A model generated the notes under the pieces. That model saw only the letters and a program-made list of their open reading frames with translations. It was not told the origin of the DNA and made no database searches. The translations under genes were made by a program, and so were the position numbers. Below are positions 25,000 through 40,139 of a stretch of DNA of 64,000 bases, in pieces. This DNA comes from the human T2T-CHM13v2.0 reference genome, Homo sapiens: assembly GCF_009914755.1 (NCBI RefSeq), contig NC_060928.1; one strand, written 5' to 3'. The stretch's first letter is position 1. Every line of letters starts with the position of its first letter.

Positions 25000-26554
25000 T
25001 CATTCATTTTATCCCATATATATAAGTAATATTCATTGAGTAAAATGTGTGAATTTATTTTTTACTGAATCTTTGAGATAATTTTCAAAGATACATGGGA
25101 AGTATCTTTTTCAACAGCATTATAGGATATTAGTGGTAAAAGAAAGTTCAGAGATTATCTAATGCCACCCTTATTCAATTTTCAAATGAGAATATAGAAA
25201 CTGAGAAAGCATAAGTGATTTGCCCACAATCACAGAGTTAATTAGTGACAGATGAATACATTTATGGTCTCTTATGGGAAAAGACAGAATAATGGAATTC
25301 TTATGGTTGAAGAAACATTAAACTGGATAATTTGACACCTGTAAAAGATATTCATTAAAGACAAATTTGTGCCTGCCACACACTGATTTCTGTTCCAATT
25401 TTCTGTCAGTCTACACTTACAGCTAGAGCTGGCAACTATCATACAAGCAGTCAACACTTACATTCTTAAACACTTTTTTGTCAAAGTATCATGGACATCA
25501 AAGACCTCTAAACACATGAATCTCTAAAGAGATAAAAACCAGATATGAGAAATCTAAGTTGTACAAAGTTGTTCCTTTGATTCTTCTTTGAGCCCTGAAC
25601 TGACATTTTTCCCTAACACTTATGCTCTGAACCATATGACAGTCCATCAAGTTGTTGGTGTTTGTCTGCTTTGTCCTAATTAAGGATCTCCCTGTGTTCT
25701 GCTGCCTTGTTTAAAATGTCAACAAAAGCTTTAAATAGCACTGTATCTCAGTGTGTGCACTCATTATTAATTCAACATCTGGATCAAAGTAAATGATATT
25801 ATATCTTACTGAAATATGCTTTGTTTTTTCTTATTAAGCTTGGCAGTTAGATGATTGTCAAAAGATGCATGCTTTATTAAAACGCTTTAAGCAAGAAGGG
25901 TATATCTTAGTACAAAATTAGATAGAACAGGAAATCCATTAAGGAAATATACAACATTTTGATTTTATATTTCCTTGAATCTCTACACATAGAGTTTTCT
26001 AATTTTTTTTTTCTTAATTTGATGACTAGGACTTGTTAAATTTTCACCAATTAATTAGAAAATAAAAATTTTGGTAAAATGACTCTGATGAAGCACAAAA
26101 TGATATGCACTTTTATTGTTTTATTTGGCTAATGGCACAGTTTAGCATGTCCAATTTTTCTCTAAAGCCTTATATTCTCTGTGGCACCAACAGCAGTTCA
26201 TTACCCCAAAATGGAGCTCAGTATTTGTTTCACAAATAGTCTTACCAACAATCGCCAAAATAATGAAAATATTATTGCAATATGCACAATTATCAAAAGA
26301 ATTGATTAGATATAATTAATTCCTATGATTTCTCAGTAATGTGACCTTACTATGCATTAAGCAATGACCTGGTTTCCAATTACCAAAAACTTCATTGCCT
26401 TCTGAATGTAGATATATGGCATTTTGTGATGTACTATCCGTTGATTATTAAAAATTGCTTCAGCAAGTTTCAGGAACTATGTCTGTGTTCTCAAACAGAA
26501 ATTAAATAATATACTACTACAGATTAAATAAATGCCTTTTAAAAGTATGATTTG

Positions 26555-28627
26555 AGGAGATGTCAGCAAGATGATAAAATAAGGCTCTCCAGTGCTCCCT
26601 CTCTCACAGAAACATCAATTTGAACAACTATCCGCACACAAAAATACCTTCACAAAAGTGAAGGAAACCAGGTGAGAGATTTCAGCACCTGGGTATAGCA
26701 CGGAAACAAGAAAAGATGCACTGGAGAGAGAGGAAGGACAGTTTCACATTACCTGCTTCACTTTTCCCCCAATTACCAGACAGCACAGCATGGAGACAGA
26801 TACCCTCCACATGATGGTAGGAGAAGGAAGTGAGCATCAGACTTTGCCTTAGACCCCAACACTGGGCCTGCCACAGAAAAACCCAGCACCAAAGAGACCC
26901 TCACAGCCCTAGACACCAGGCTAGTACTTGTGGACTGAGCTTCCACACCTTTCCCAGCACTGATCAGGGGCTTATAGCCTTAGACTCAAGGTCTATACAG
27001 CAGACTTGGTCTCTGGGCCACTCTACTGCCAGGTCTACCTTAGCAGCCCAGCCTCTGGAACTTCTCCAGCACTGGGCTGTCCCCTATAATCCTGGACATC
27101 AGATCCATCCCAGTAACTGACTATTTCCTGCAGACTCAGACTCAAAGCCAATCCCAGAGCCAAGTAGCCCCCTGTGGACCCAAGGATAAGGCCAGCCTCT
27201 ACAGATGTAGGCAAATATTTGCAGACATAGGCGTCAGGTCTGCCCTTGTGTACCCAGGTTTCAGGCCTATCCATGGGGACTCAATCAATAGGTCCACACT
27301 TGTGGATCTAGACTTAGGCCCAACCCTATAGACCCACCCACCTGCTGACCCAGGCACCCAGACACCAAGCCCAGCCAACCTACCTGAGGACTCCAACAGC
27401 AGGCCTACCCTTAGACGACACCAAATGGCATGCACAGGTTCTATGGAAAGGCTGACTGATAAAGAGTTTTCCCAGACAAAGCCAGTCTGCAAAGACTGGA
27501 ATAAGCCCTTACTTCTTCAGATGCACAGACATCAGTGTAAGGAAATAAGAAACATGAAAAGCTGAGGTGACATAAACCACCAAAAAAATACAAAAATCTC
27601 CCAGTGGCTGAGTCAAGAGAAGTGGAAATATATAAACTAAGAGACAAAAAAGTCAAAATAATTGTTTTAAGGAAGCTCAACAAACTTCAAAAAAATTACA
27701 GGGAAACAATTTCATAAAATCAAGAAAACAATAAATAAAACAAATTTAATAGAGAGATTGAAATTATTTTTCAAAGACAAAGAGAAATCCTATTGCCGAA
27801 TATAATGAATGAATGAAAAATGCAATAGTAGGATTGATGAAGGAGAAGAAAGAATTTGTAGCCTTGAAGACAAGTTATTTAAAAATATATGGTCAGAAGA
27901 GAAAAAATGAAAACAAATAGAGAAAGTTTATGTGATTTATGGGAGAGCATCAAAAGAGCACATTTTTTAGTTCAAGAAGAGAAAGACAAAGGGGTAGGAA
28001 GTATGTTTAAGGAAATAATAACAGAAATGTTTTCATATCTTGGGAAAGACATATTCACGTAGAGGAAAGTTAAAGTTCTCTAATCAGATTCAATTCAAAC
28101 AAGATTACACCAAGATATATCATAATGAAATCAACAAAAATCAAAGACAAAGAAAGGATCCTAAAGGCACCAAGAGAAAAGAAGCAAATAACATTTAAGG
28201 GAATGTTCCTATCAAGCTAGCAGATTTTTCGGCAGAAACCTTACAGGCCAGGAGTGTATGGGACAACATAATCAAAATGTTAAAATAAAATAAAAAAACT
28301 ATCAATTAGGAATACTGTACCCCACAAAGTTGTCCTTCAGAAAAGGAGAGATAAAGTCTTTCCACAACAAAAGTTGAGGGAGTTCACCACCAGACCTGTC
28401 TCACAAGAAGATGCTTAAGAGAGTTCTTCAGGCTAAAAGAAAAGCATTCTAATTAGTGACACAAAAACATGTGAAAGTGTAAAACTCACTTACAAAGATA
28501 AGTACACAGTCAAACTCACAACACCCTAATACTGTAATGGTGGTATGTAATTCACCTATATCTTTACCATGAAGGTGAAAAGAAAAAAACTACTAAGAAT
28601 AACAATAGCTACAATAATGTGTTAAGG
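26555..28627 (+). mobile_element. Old L1M 5' UTR, ORF1 and inter-ORF relic
   Basis: Starts with a CAAGATG motif and has ORF1-like GCAGAAACCTTACAGGCCAG. Resumes at 29949. Confidence 0.7.
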
Positions 28628-29948
28628 CATCTACAACCACCTGATCTTCGACAAACCTGACAAAAACAAGCAATGGGGAAAAGATTCCCTATTTAATAAA
28701 TGATGCTGGGAAAACTGCCTAGCCATATGCAGAAAACTGAAACCAGACTCGTTCCTTACACCTTATACAAAAATTAACTCAAGATCGATTAAAGACTTAA
28801 ATGTAAAACCCAAAACCATAAAAACCCTAGAAGAAAACCTAGGCAATACCATTCAGGACATAGGCATGGGCAAAGACCTCATTACTAAAACACCAAAAGC
28901 AATTGCAACAAAAGAAAAATTGACAATTGGGATCTAATTAAACTAAAGAGCTTCTGCACAGCAAAAGAAACTATCATCAGACTGAACAGGCAACCTACAG
29001 AAAGGGAGAAAATTTTTGCAATCTACTCATTTGACAAAGGTCTAATATCCAGAATCTACCAAATTTACAAGAAAAAAACAAACAACCCCATCAAAAAGTG
29101 GGCGAAGGACATGAACAGACACTTCTCAAAAGAAGACATTTATGTGGCCAACAAACATGTGAAAAAAAGCTCATCATCACTGGTCATTGGAGAAGTGCAA
29201 ATCAAAACCACAGTGAGATACCATCTCATGCCAGTTACAATGGTGATTATTAAAAAGGAAACAACAGATGCTGGCGAGGCTGTGGAGAAACAGGAACGCT
29301 TTTACACTGTTGCTGGGAGTGTAAATTAGTTCAGCAATTGTGGAAGACAATGTAGTGATTCCTCAAAGATCTAGAACCAGAAATACCATTTGACCCGGCA
29401 ATCCCATTACTGGGTATATATCCGAAGGATTCTAAATTATTCTGTTCTAAAGACACATGCACACATATGTTTATTGCAGCACTATATACAATAGCAAATA
29501 CTTGGAACCAACCCAAATGCCCATCAATGATAGACTGGATAAAGAAAATGTGGCACATATACACCTTGGAATACTATGCAGCAATAAAAAAGAATGAGTT
29601 CATGTCCTTTGCAGGGATATGGATGAAGCTAGAAGCCATCATCCTCAGCAAACTAACAACTAGCACAGGAACAAAAAACCAAACACTGCGTGTTCTCACT
29701 CATAAGTGAGAGTTGAACAATGAGAACACATGGACACAGGGAGGAGAACATCACACACCAGGACCTGTCAGAGGGTTGGGGGCAAGGGAAGGGAGAGCAT
29801 TAGGACCATACCTAATGCATGCTGGGCTTAAAACCTAGAAGCTGGGTTGATAGGTGCAGCAAACCACCATGGCACATATTTACCTATGTAACAAACCTGC
29901 ACGTTCTGCACATGTATCCCAGAACTTAAAGTAAAATTTTAAAAAAAA
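28628..29948 (+). mobile_element. 5'-truncated L1PA (older, PA7/PA8-like) nested in L1M
   Basis: ORF2 C-terminal peptides (ORFs 29111 and 29467), 3' UTR and A tail. TSD GTGTTAAGG. Confidence 0.9.
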
Positions 29949-30343
29949 GTGTTAAGGGATACACAATATAAAAATATGTTAATTGTGACATCAAAAATTT
30001 TAAATGTGGGAGGAATGGTGGAGTAAAAGTATAGTTTTTTAAAAATGCAAGCAAAAAGTTGTTATCAGCTTAAAGTAGCTTGTTATAACTATAAGATGTT
30101 TTTGTAATTCTCATGGTAACCACAAAGTAAAAATTTATGGTAGAGACAAAAAAGATACAAAGTAGGGAATCAAAGCATACCACCAGAGAAAATTATTTTA
30201 TCAGAAAAAAAAGACAAAAAAAGAGGGGAAGAAATGAACAAAGAACCTACAAAACAACCAGAAAACAATGAGCTAAATGGCAGTATTAAGTCCTTACCTA
30301 TTAATAATTACCTTGAATGCAAATTGATTAAATTTTCCAGTCA
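29949..30343 (+). mobile_element. L1M inter-ORF region and truncated ORF2 start
   Basis: ATGGCAGTATTAAGTCCTTACCTATTAATAATTACCTTGAATG resembles the ORF2 endonuclease N-terminus. Confidence 0.65.
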
Positions 30344-31631
30344 CCTTGGATGTGAAGGGGGCTGAGGGAATAGAAAGAAAAGACTCCAAGGTATCTCATT
30401 ATCCAGATGAAAACCTGGATAGAAAGTAGTGCCATGAATTGGAAGGAGGAAGCATAGATTTGGTGTAGAGAGGAGATATGGCCAGTTTAATATTTAATAT
30501 GTTGATTTTGCAATGCCAATTTCAATTCCAGTGACTGTTAGATTTATACATCTGGAACTCAGGCCAGCTCTATGGGACGATGTGTAGAATTGAGCCATTT
30601 ATGATAATTAAAATTAAGGCTGTGGTGGAAGATAAGACTCCCAGAGAGAAAAGAAATAAGGGCTATAAAGAAAAAATTTCTGAGATGCACAATTCTAAGG
30701 GAAGAGAGAACAACCCACATTGAGCAATGGAGGCTGCAGGAGAACAGGTGTGCTGCCACCACAGAAATTAACATGCAGGGGTGCAGAAAGGAAGGTGTTG
30801 TCAGCTTATTCAAATGGGCAAATACATGAGATACCCATTTTTTTGGACTTGGCACCTAAGAGGCCACTGGTGAATTTAGAGAAAGCAGTGTCAATGTTTA
30901 AAAAGTGAACTGGAGTAATTGTGAGTAAACAAGGACTAATGTTTTATAGAGACTTGGCTATAAAGCTATAAGTCATACTTCCATTGCTAAAGGTAGAAGT
31001 GTAGTTAAAAATAAAGGTTTGCTTTGATTCTTTGTTCTTTGAAATGAAAGAGACTAGAACATGTTTATTTGTAAGAAGTAATTGCCACTGGAAACTGAAA
31101 CATAGGACACACACAGAGAAGGAAGAGACCCACATGCAGAAAACAAAGGCTATAAATAAAAGAGTACAGTGTCCTGGGTTTTCCTGGATCTTGTGTAAAT
31201 GACTCCATCACAGCATTATCATGTTTTCTTCTCAACATCTTCATCATTCTACTACCATTCGTAGAAAGTGGATTTTCATATATTATCTCATTTAGTCTTT
31301 GTGACAAACCTCCTATTCCAAGTATGCAACTGAGGCACACAAAGATTTAAAAATCTATGAGTTAGTAGCAGAGGCCATATTTAAACCCAAATCTAACTGA
31401 ATACAATGTCTGTGTTCTTTGCATTTTTCCACCCCAGGCTTATAGTTCCTACTAATTCAACCTATTGAAATATATTTTAACGTTTTATTAGGCAAACAAA
31501 GCAACAGAGAACAGCAGGGAAAAAGGCGACTTTATCTCTAGCTGACGGGGCTCTTGAAATGCTGTTAATCAGGATTCTAGATACAAATTTCCACGTCCAC
31601 TCAGAGGGGCGAGAATGTGCAATATATTGTG

Positions 31632-31652
31632 ATGCTGCCACCTTGTGGCAAG
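31632..31652 (-). promoter_or_regulatory. Candidate CTCF motif (GCCACAAGGTGGCAGC)
   Basis: One mismatch to the core CCACYAGRKGGCR. Motif match only. Confidence 0.45.
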
Positions 31653-31711
31653 AAAAAATGAAAACATTAAGAGGTGCTTTGTGTGCATATTTATCATTTT
31701 CAATTAAATTG

Positions 31712-31895
31712 CTCTAGTTTATGGTTCAGCTACGGCTGCACATTGAAATCATCTGGGAGTTTTAAAAATACTGCTGCCTAGATCCCACCTCAGAGATTCT
31801 GATTTAATTGTTCTGGGGTGAGGCCTTGGTGTCAGGATATTTTTAAACTTCCCAAATGATTCTAACATGCAGCAAAGATTAAGACCTCTGCTCTA
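31712..31895. mobile_element. MER5A-like DNA transposon
   Basis: Characteristic CCCACCTCAGAGATTCTGATTTAATTG...CCCAAATGATTCTAACATGCAGC. Confidence 0.7.
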
Positions 31896-33354
31896 ACCAC
31901 TTATACAGTAGAGAAGCAAGTCTTGTCATTTGCCTAGTTATGTTTCATTTGTATAGACGCAAAAGAAAACATTCTAGAGAAAGTAGGTGATTTTCTCTCA
32001 ATCTTTAATGGCATCTAGTTCTTGGTAGAATACAATGATTTCTGGACAGATATATCATATACTATGATTTTAAAGAACAGGACAAAGAAATTTGTGAATT
32101 GTAATCAAAGTGGACACAAGATTTGTGTCTCATAATCAAATGCAGTCCGTAGACTAAAGTGAGCAGGGAGAATCTCTGAGCCTCATAATGCGTCACAGGT
32201 TTTCTGAAAGGAACAATGGAAAGAGCACTGAAGCACCATTGACTCTGGCACTAGTAAGATGAGTGACCTTGAGCAAGTCACTCAGTTTGCAATGAAAGAT
32301 TTTCATCTACTGCTTTATTCAAGAGAAACTAGTTCCAAATGTTCAACAAATATCATACCAGGTAATTCAACAAAACTTTCTTAAGTACTTGCAATGCGAA
32401 AAGCATGGAATTATAATGTGTTATAAATGGAAAGCACTAATGTTGCTTAGAGACATCATAGCATTAGGTGACCAGAGGAACCTTTGAAAGCTAGTAATGC
32501 AAATTTTAATTATGATCTGAACTGAGTGTAATTAGAAAGCTTAATTACATAATGCTCCAGTGGTTTGGCAAAGAAGTTGAATTCAGTTTTCTCTATTTTT
32601 CATTCTGTTCTGTAGTTTTCTAAGATTTATTTATTAGCTCTACACCATCAAAAAGTGTAATCATGTCTTGAAAATGAAATTTCTCTTTCCTGCTCCTTGG
32701 AAATTAAAATTTTCTATGGTTCTTTAACTGAAAAGTTTCAGTAATTGCACCACCAATCACCCAGTGCCTTGGTCAGGAATCTTTCTTTCTTCATTCGTTC
32801 ATTTAACACATATTTATTAACCCTCTACCATATGATATTACTCATCTTTGAATTCCACCTCCCTTAAATTCCAAATTTAATTATTTACAATTCATGTCAA
32901 TTATTAGCTTCTAAACATCTCTTGAATATTCTGCCCATGTCTACAGTGATTTAGATTACTACAGATCTATCCTCCTGCCTTCTAGCTCCCTTTTCTCAAC
33001 TCCAGTCCCACACTGCAGACAGTGGCCCTTTGAAACTTCAAATCTGCTAATGCTATTGCCCCACTTCCTAGTGAATGGCTTCCCTTCACCCTAGGATAGC
33101 ATGCATGGTACATGACAATGCTTGGGAACTCCTTCCTTATCTGGTCCCTGCTTACCAGCCCAAAATAATTTCTCACCCTTCTCCATTAAGTCACTCAGAA
33201 AGCTTAAAGCTTTGCAATTCTCTCCACCCTCTCTTGACCCTGGGATTTTTGCATATACCCTTTCTTCTGCTTGCCTTTCTTCACTTGGATAATTTCTTTT
33301 TTAGCCCTTCATGTTCCTGTTTGAAAATTAATCACTCCAAGCAGCCTTCTGTAA

Positions 33355-33977
<623 letters not shown>

Positions 33978-34249
33978 AGCACAGTATATAGTACATAGTA
34001 GATATCCAACAAGTATGAACCATTGATGAAGAACAATTATTTGCATTCAAAAATCTACGATATATTAACTCGGAAAAATTGGTCAGGTAAAGAGATGAAA
34101 TAAATTATGACATGTCTGACATTACTCAAATAATTTTTAAAAAGTAGATTCCAGCTTTTGATATACACATATTAGCCACACAATCATGGGCAATGTGCTT
34201 AACATCCATTAACATCCTGAGCTTTAGTGTCTTCAATTCTAAACACAGA

Positions 34250-35480
34250 TACATTCATTCAGCAAATATTGATTATATGACTACTAAGGGCCAGACAGTG
34301 TTCTAGGTAGTTGGGATACAGCAGTGCCCCAAAGAGTCACTGTCTCTCTTTTTACGCATCTTAAATTCTAGTTGATGAGACAGATAATAAAAAGAGATAT
34401 ATAATGTCAAACAGTGACACATAGAGAAAAAAGATTAAGAGGCTAGAGTGTAACAGAGTACTATTCTATTTTTTCTTTTTAGTTTTTTTCTTTTTGTTTT
34501 TGTTTTACTTTTTAAACTATTATTAGTATTATTTTTACAAACACTTGTACCAAGGGCTGACTTTCAATAGATCACAGCAAGGATCCCCTCTGCTACATAT
34601 GAAACCCTGACCCAGAAGCAGGTCATCTACTTATGTTTTAGTGCCAGGTTACACACGAATGTGTGTTACATGACGGGCAAGGGGGCGGCCGAAGAGTACT
34701 ATTTTAGAAAGGATGGTCATAAAAGGCTTCTTTGAGAAGGTAACATTTGAGCAGAGATTTGAATGAAGTAAAGGAGGGAGCAATGTGAATATCTGGAGGA
34801 AGAATGTCCCAGGCAGAAGGAAATACAATGCAAAGACCCTAAAGGGGGAGCTTGCTTGGTGTGGTAAGGAAACCGCAAGGATGCCATATACTGGTGCAGA
34901 GTGGAAAAGGGAAGCCTAAAGGTGATATCAGAAAAGTAGGCAGGAGCCAGACTAAGTAGAGCCATGTTTTCCAAACTGCAGTCATGAAAACAAATTGGTG
35001 TCATCACTAGCACCTTTTAGTGTAACTAAGAAGAGTAAAATGAGATAGAAAATATCAGTGTATGGTTTTTCTTTTGTGTGTGTGTACGTGTGTGTGTGCA
35101 CGCACGTGCACTTGTACACGCATGCTGGGTTGCAATGTAAAACACCCTTCTTACTATGGGTTATGATAAAATTTGAAACAACACTGTGGTAGGGCCTTGC
35201 AAGCCATGATAAGTACTTTGAGTTTTGTTATAAATATGATAAGAAGCCATTGGAAGATGGGAAGGTGTTAGCTGAGGAATTATGTGAATGTAACGTGTTT
35301 TACATTTTAAAAGGAAAATTCTAGGCATTCTGCAGAATGGACCACAAGGGACAAGAGTGGTGCTGAGAGATAAGTCCCAGAATATTACATGGTCCAGGGT
35401 AGAAATGATGTTTGCATAGATGAAAGGATGAGAAGTGATCTGAGTCAAGGTATATTTAGAAAGTAAGTTCAGTTAAGAGT
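34250..35480. mobile_element. Degenerate L2 hosting the rRNA retrocopy and a probable DNA-transposon relic
   Basis: CATTCATTCAGCAAATATT terminus and an L2-like body (GAGAAGGTAACATTTGAGCAGAGA...). Confidence 0.6.
34466..34691 (-). pseudogene. Retroposed 28S rRNA 3'-terminal fragment (LSU-rRNA / SINE28-type) with A-rich tail
   Basis: 34537-34691 is the reverse complement of the 28S 3' end (GACCTGCTTCTGGGTC...GATCTATTGAAAGTCAGCCCT...GTTTGT). T-rich tail at 34466-34536. TSD AGAGTACTATT at 34455-34465 and 34693-34703. Confidence 0.92.
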
Positions 35481-38400
35481 TGTTGAGGATAGTCATCATT
35501 TTCTAGAGTTTTTATGAGGCTTAAATAAGATTGGATATCAGAAAGGGTTTTATAAACACTAGAGAAGTGCTCAGCAGAGTACAGCTGAGTTCAATTCAAA
35601 GGGCATTTACTGACCATACACTATGCACCTGCCATTACTCTCACTGTTTTCTCTGCACTCGGTAGATAAAACTGAATTTCTGCTCCCAAGGAACTTTACA
35701 GCAGTAGAGTTGTGGAAGATAGACATAAAAATGAATCACTGCAGCATAATGCACAATATGATAATGGCATATGGAAGGTTCTAAAGAAAATGAGTTAACT
35801 TAAAATTCTGAGAAGCAGTAGCTTTTGTTGCAAGCCTTTCTTTTCATAGGTAAAAGATCACATTAGCCCCAAGGATATTCTGTAGGACAAATATGAGCTA
35901 AAAATGAACTAGAAAATAGCTCTAGGTGAAAAACACATCGAACACAGATATTGCTGAGTTAGTCTATTAAAGCCACATGTCATTTGCACTTTTGCCCTAC
36001 AGTCACAAAACAAAAGCAAATGAACAAGGGAAAGAGGATCTTCAGCCCTCCTACATAAGTAACATGAATCAATAAGGAGTCATCCTGGAGACCACAGAAA
36101 ACCACACTCTTCCAGTTAGCATCAATGAATAGCCCCAGGATACAAATCCACAGTGAATGAAGAAACATAGCTACAGAATTAGAAACATTATTAAGGAAAA
36201 TTGATTTGAGTATACTTCACTAATGTTAGAGGGATAATATTATATTTTAGGTTGAAATGTAATAATTTTTTTAATTCCAAAGTGTCTATTAATTTTAAAA
36301 TATACATACTTTTTGTTACAAATATTTATTTTTCCCCTTCATACCACTAATCTCTGTGAAAAAGTTTAGAATGTGACATAAAGGTTCTAGGTTAATGAAG
36401 TCTTTCAATCAAGCATAAAGACTTCTGCTAATCTAGTAAAAACCGCCCCTTCTACCTACATGGATTCAATATATTTGTTGCATTATATAAGAAAGCATTT
36501 GTGTACCACATTTACATATGAGATGTTTATCAGAAAGAAAGTGGTGCTCTGAGGAGAGGGAGATGGGGAACAGAATCACTTGAGAGTGAGGATTTATTTC
36601 CAATTAATTAACATGCCCACAAGAATCTGCCATACCCCACATGAAGAATCATTGCTTTAATATAGATTGATGAGTTGATAACGTTAATGAGTTGATGACT
36701 GTCTCTCAGGTATGTTGGGGAACAAAAAAGTTTGAGAAACAAATACAGTCATAAAGAACTATATTCTAATAATAAGGCGTTACCATTGCTCCTACTTTTT
36801 AATGTATTATATACATTATTATATAATACTTTTTAATGTATTTAATAAATATATCTCATAGTGGATTTTCTTAAAACAGAGCTTGCCTTTTCATTAAGTA
36901 ATTACTCCAAGGAGTAATTTTAAAAGAAAATAAGTCTAACTGAGCTTTTGTGTTAACATGATAGGAACTGATAACATTTCCATTTTTCTTATGTCACATA
37001 GACTAAAACTGTTCAGTTTAAAATAGTTCAATTACCTCCATAAGCTTTAAGAAAACCTTCTTTAATAACATCCTATGTTTTCAAAGTTAATTGGGTACTT
37101 TCACATTTTTTTCCTTTAAAACATTATTAGACAGGACATTTCATGGGTAAAGATTAGTGATGCAATTATACCACCATCTCTGAATGTCATTCTTTCTTCA
37201 TCTCCATTGCCATTGAAGTCCATTTTGTCATCTTTTATTTCAACTACTTCACTAGCTTCCTAAATCATCTTTCTACTATTTTATCACTTCATCAGTCAGA
37301 AAGAATGATCTACCTAAAACACGAATCCCATTGTGTTACTCCCTGATTAAAATCTGTTCCCCCAAGCCTGCAGCTTGGGTACCCTCTGGGAATGACTTAA
37401 AAGGTGTTTCCTGACCAGGACCCTGCTTACATTTCCAGCTGCATTTCTCACCATTCCCTTCCCTGCTCACAGTGAATTAACTCATAGTTCCCCAGGTGTG
37501 TCCTGGTTCATCTTCTCTCCTGGCCATTGAGCAGGCTGCTTCCTTTGCCTACCAGATTCTACTCTTCCACCTCCATTTCACTTGGTAACTCTTGCCCATC
37601 CTTTTGGTCCCATTTGAGGCTTTTCTTCCTCCTAAAAACCTCCTATGTCTGCTATAGGATGAGTTATGCCTTATTCCTTTGTGTTTCTATGGCACTAGTA
37701 CTATGGTTATAGTATCTTACTTACTTACATATTAACTCTACTACAAACTACTAAATAACAGAAACTATGTCTTTTTATCATTAGAATTAGTCAATCTTCA
37801 ATGGCAGCGTACACTTGAAGCTTAACAAAAGTTTAAGTGAATGAATGTGGTGGACCTGTCCAAGGTATGATGAGACTTTGAGTCCATGTCCTCTAATTGT
37901 TGACCCACAGTGGTTTCCACTGTGCTCTACTGTCTCCCAGTGCCATGACCTTGGTCTCCACACTCTGTAACTCTTGGTCCTCCTCCCATTGTCTGTCTAC
38001 AGTCCTTTGCTTTGGGAAAGCTAGACTAAGTAAGGCAATATTTTAAATTAACTAATTGCAAGCCAAGTTTTTTGCCTGGATTTGAGCTTAGCCTTCCATT
38101 CTTGGGGGAGCTATTCATTACTTAAGAAAACCTACCTGTGACTATGCATGTAAGAATTCTGGCTAGGAATAAACTATTGTTCATGATTAAACAGGAATGG
38201 TGCAAGAGGCATGAGCAGGCCTACCTCAGAAAAAGAAGTGGTAACAGATTGCTGTACTATGAAAACAGCATTCTGGCATATATGTCCTGAAAGAAAGTCA
38301 CCAAAAGTTCTTTACGCTAACTTAGTCAAAAACAACACATACCTTAGGTAAGAAATTTTCAGAAAAAGTGCTTGAGGGTTAGCTAATTTATCTCTCACTT

Positions 38401-40139
38401 TTTACAGAGGAACATCGAAGGAATTCAGCTTTCAAAATGCACCTAAAGATAGAAATCAGATTCTTCTTGGAATTAGAAACTGTGGGGAGCATCTTTTGAT
38501 TGTTGATTGAACTCATGTTGTTTTACATACATTATATTCTCTTTCACAATATATTGTGGGTCATTATTCTACAAACAACCCTCTGAGTCTCATATGAAAC
38601 CTGCAGCAAGTTATGGAAGTGGCTTTTATCATTCTTACAATTGCCCTACCATTAGAAAGGGACATAATAATTTTATTATAGCACATACTCCTGGAAAGAC
38701 CATAAACTTTTAATAGACTTGTAAAAAGGGAGTGTAACCTTTTCAATATTCTGTCTCATCTATTCTACCTTCTCCTCACATATAACGAATGCCCTAGGGC
38801 CTAAGTCATGGATCTACACTTGGGAAGAAAATGTTGAGATTCAGCCTTTTCCCTGAATCTGAAGGTTACCATGATTTAGCACCCAGGAATAGTTTCTGCC
38901 TATCCTTTTTCTGGTTCTTTTGCAGCTCTGCAACTTCCAGACTTGTGGTCTATGTAGAGTTGTGATGACATTCCGACTTCATGTCTATAGCTTTCATTTA
39001 GGGATTTTTAAATGTCAGCATAAACATCCTACAGCGTTTAAAGTTGTCTTCACATCACCACACATATTCATTTTCAGCATCATTAATGATTACACTTTCT
39101 GATTATTTTCCTTTCTCTGCTAGACTGTCAAACTTCTTAGTTTACTTCCTAATATTGATAGCATCACCAGCTCTAAGCATGACTTCTCAAACAAGATGTT
39201 TGGTTAATTTTCTGTGTGTTTTTGTTGTTGTTCATTTGATCGTCTCAACTTTTTGTTGCAATGCACAACATAACCACCTTCTTAGATCATGGACAAAGAA
39301 ACAAACAAAAATCTTTGGAGACAAACATGGCAGAGGAAAATAAATATCGCAAAGGAAGTGAGTGCTTCCGAAAAACAAAGTGGAAACAAAGTATGAGGAA
39401 CCCCTGAAAGCCTCACAGCATAAGAAAAGAACTAGCTACTTGAAGAGTAGACAGTGGCTATTAATTTCTATTTCTTGAAAAAAAAATACCATTTTAAAAT
39501 TGTCAGGGACCACAAGAAACTGTTTTTATAATGTTAATAGTTTTTTTAAATCACAATAATAAAAATTGAAAGCATAATATTTTACATTTATCAGTTACTT
39601 CTGCCTCCACCACTTTCCTTAAAAAAAGTAGGACTTTTACAGATGAAAGAGCATTTTAATACAAATTTTAAAATTACCCGAAGACAATAAATTATTTCCT
39701 AAAACGTGTATTAAATCTTTTTGTTATGTCTATAAATGATAATCTAGTCTAAGAGTAACTTATCAGCATTTTTGCAGTCCCCTCCCCCCATCCACTGAAA
39801 ACTTTCTTTACTAGACTCATGATTTTCAAAATTTTAAGAATTAAATTTGGAGTAAAGGAACTCCGAAGATCTGAAAAAGCCTGTGAACTGGATGTCCAGA
39901 AAGATGTAAATACATAATTATTGATAGAAAATTTTGGGATGTTTTTCAAAAGCCCCCAGAAGTTCCTCTAAGGAACCCTTAGGGGTCATAGGAAAGCTCA
40001 GTGCTGGGTAGTGAGCTCCTAAGAGCAGAGAAATGCCCTCCTGTGTGCATCTCTAGATCTGGTACAGTTTCAGCATTCATAGGGGTGCTATAAACATTTG
40101 TTACGTTGAATCATGGAGGATAAGTATGTATATACTCGG

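Noticed and set aside
34537-34691. Functional rRNA gene
   Set aside because: Short, diverged and tailed with a TSD, so it is a retrocopy.
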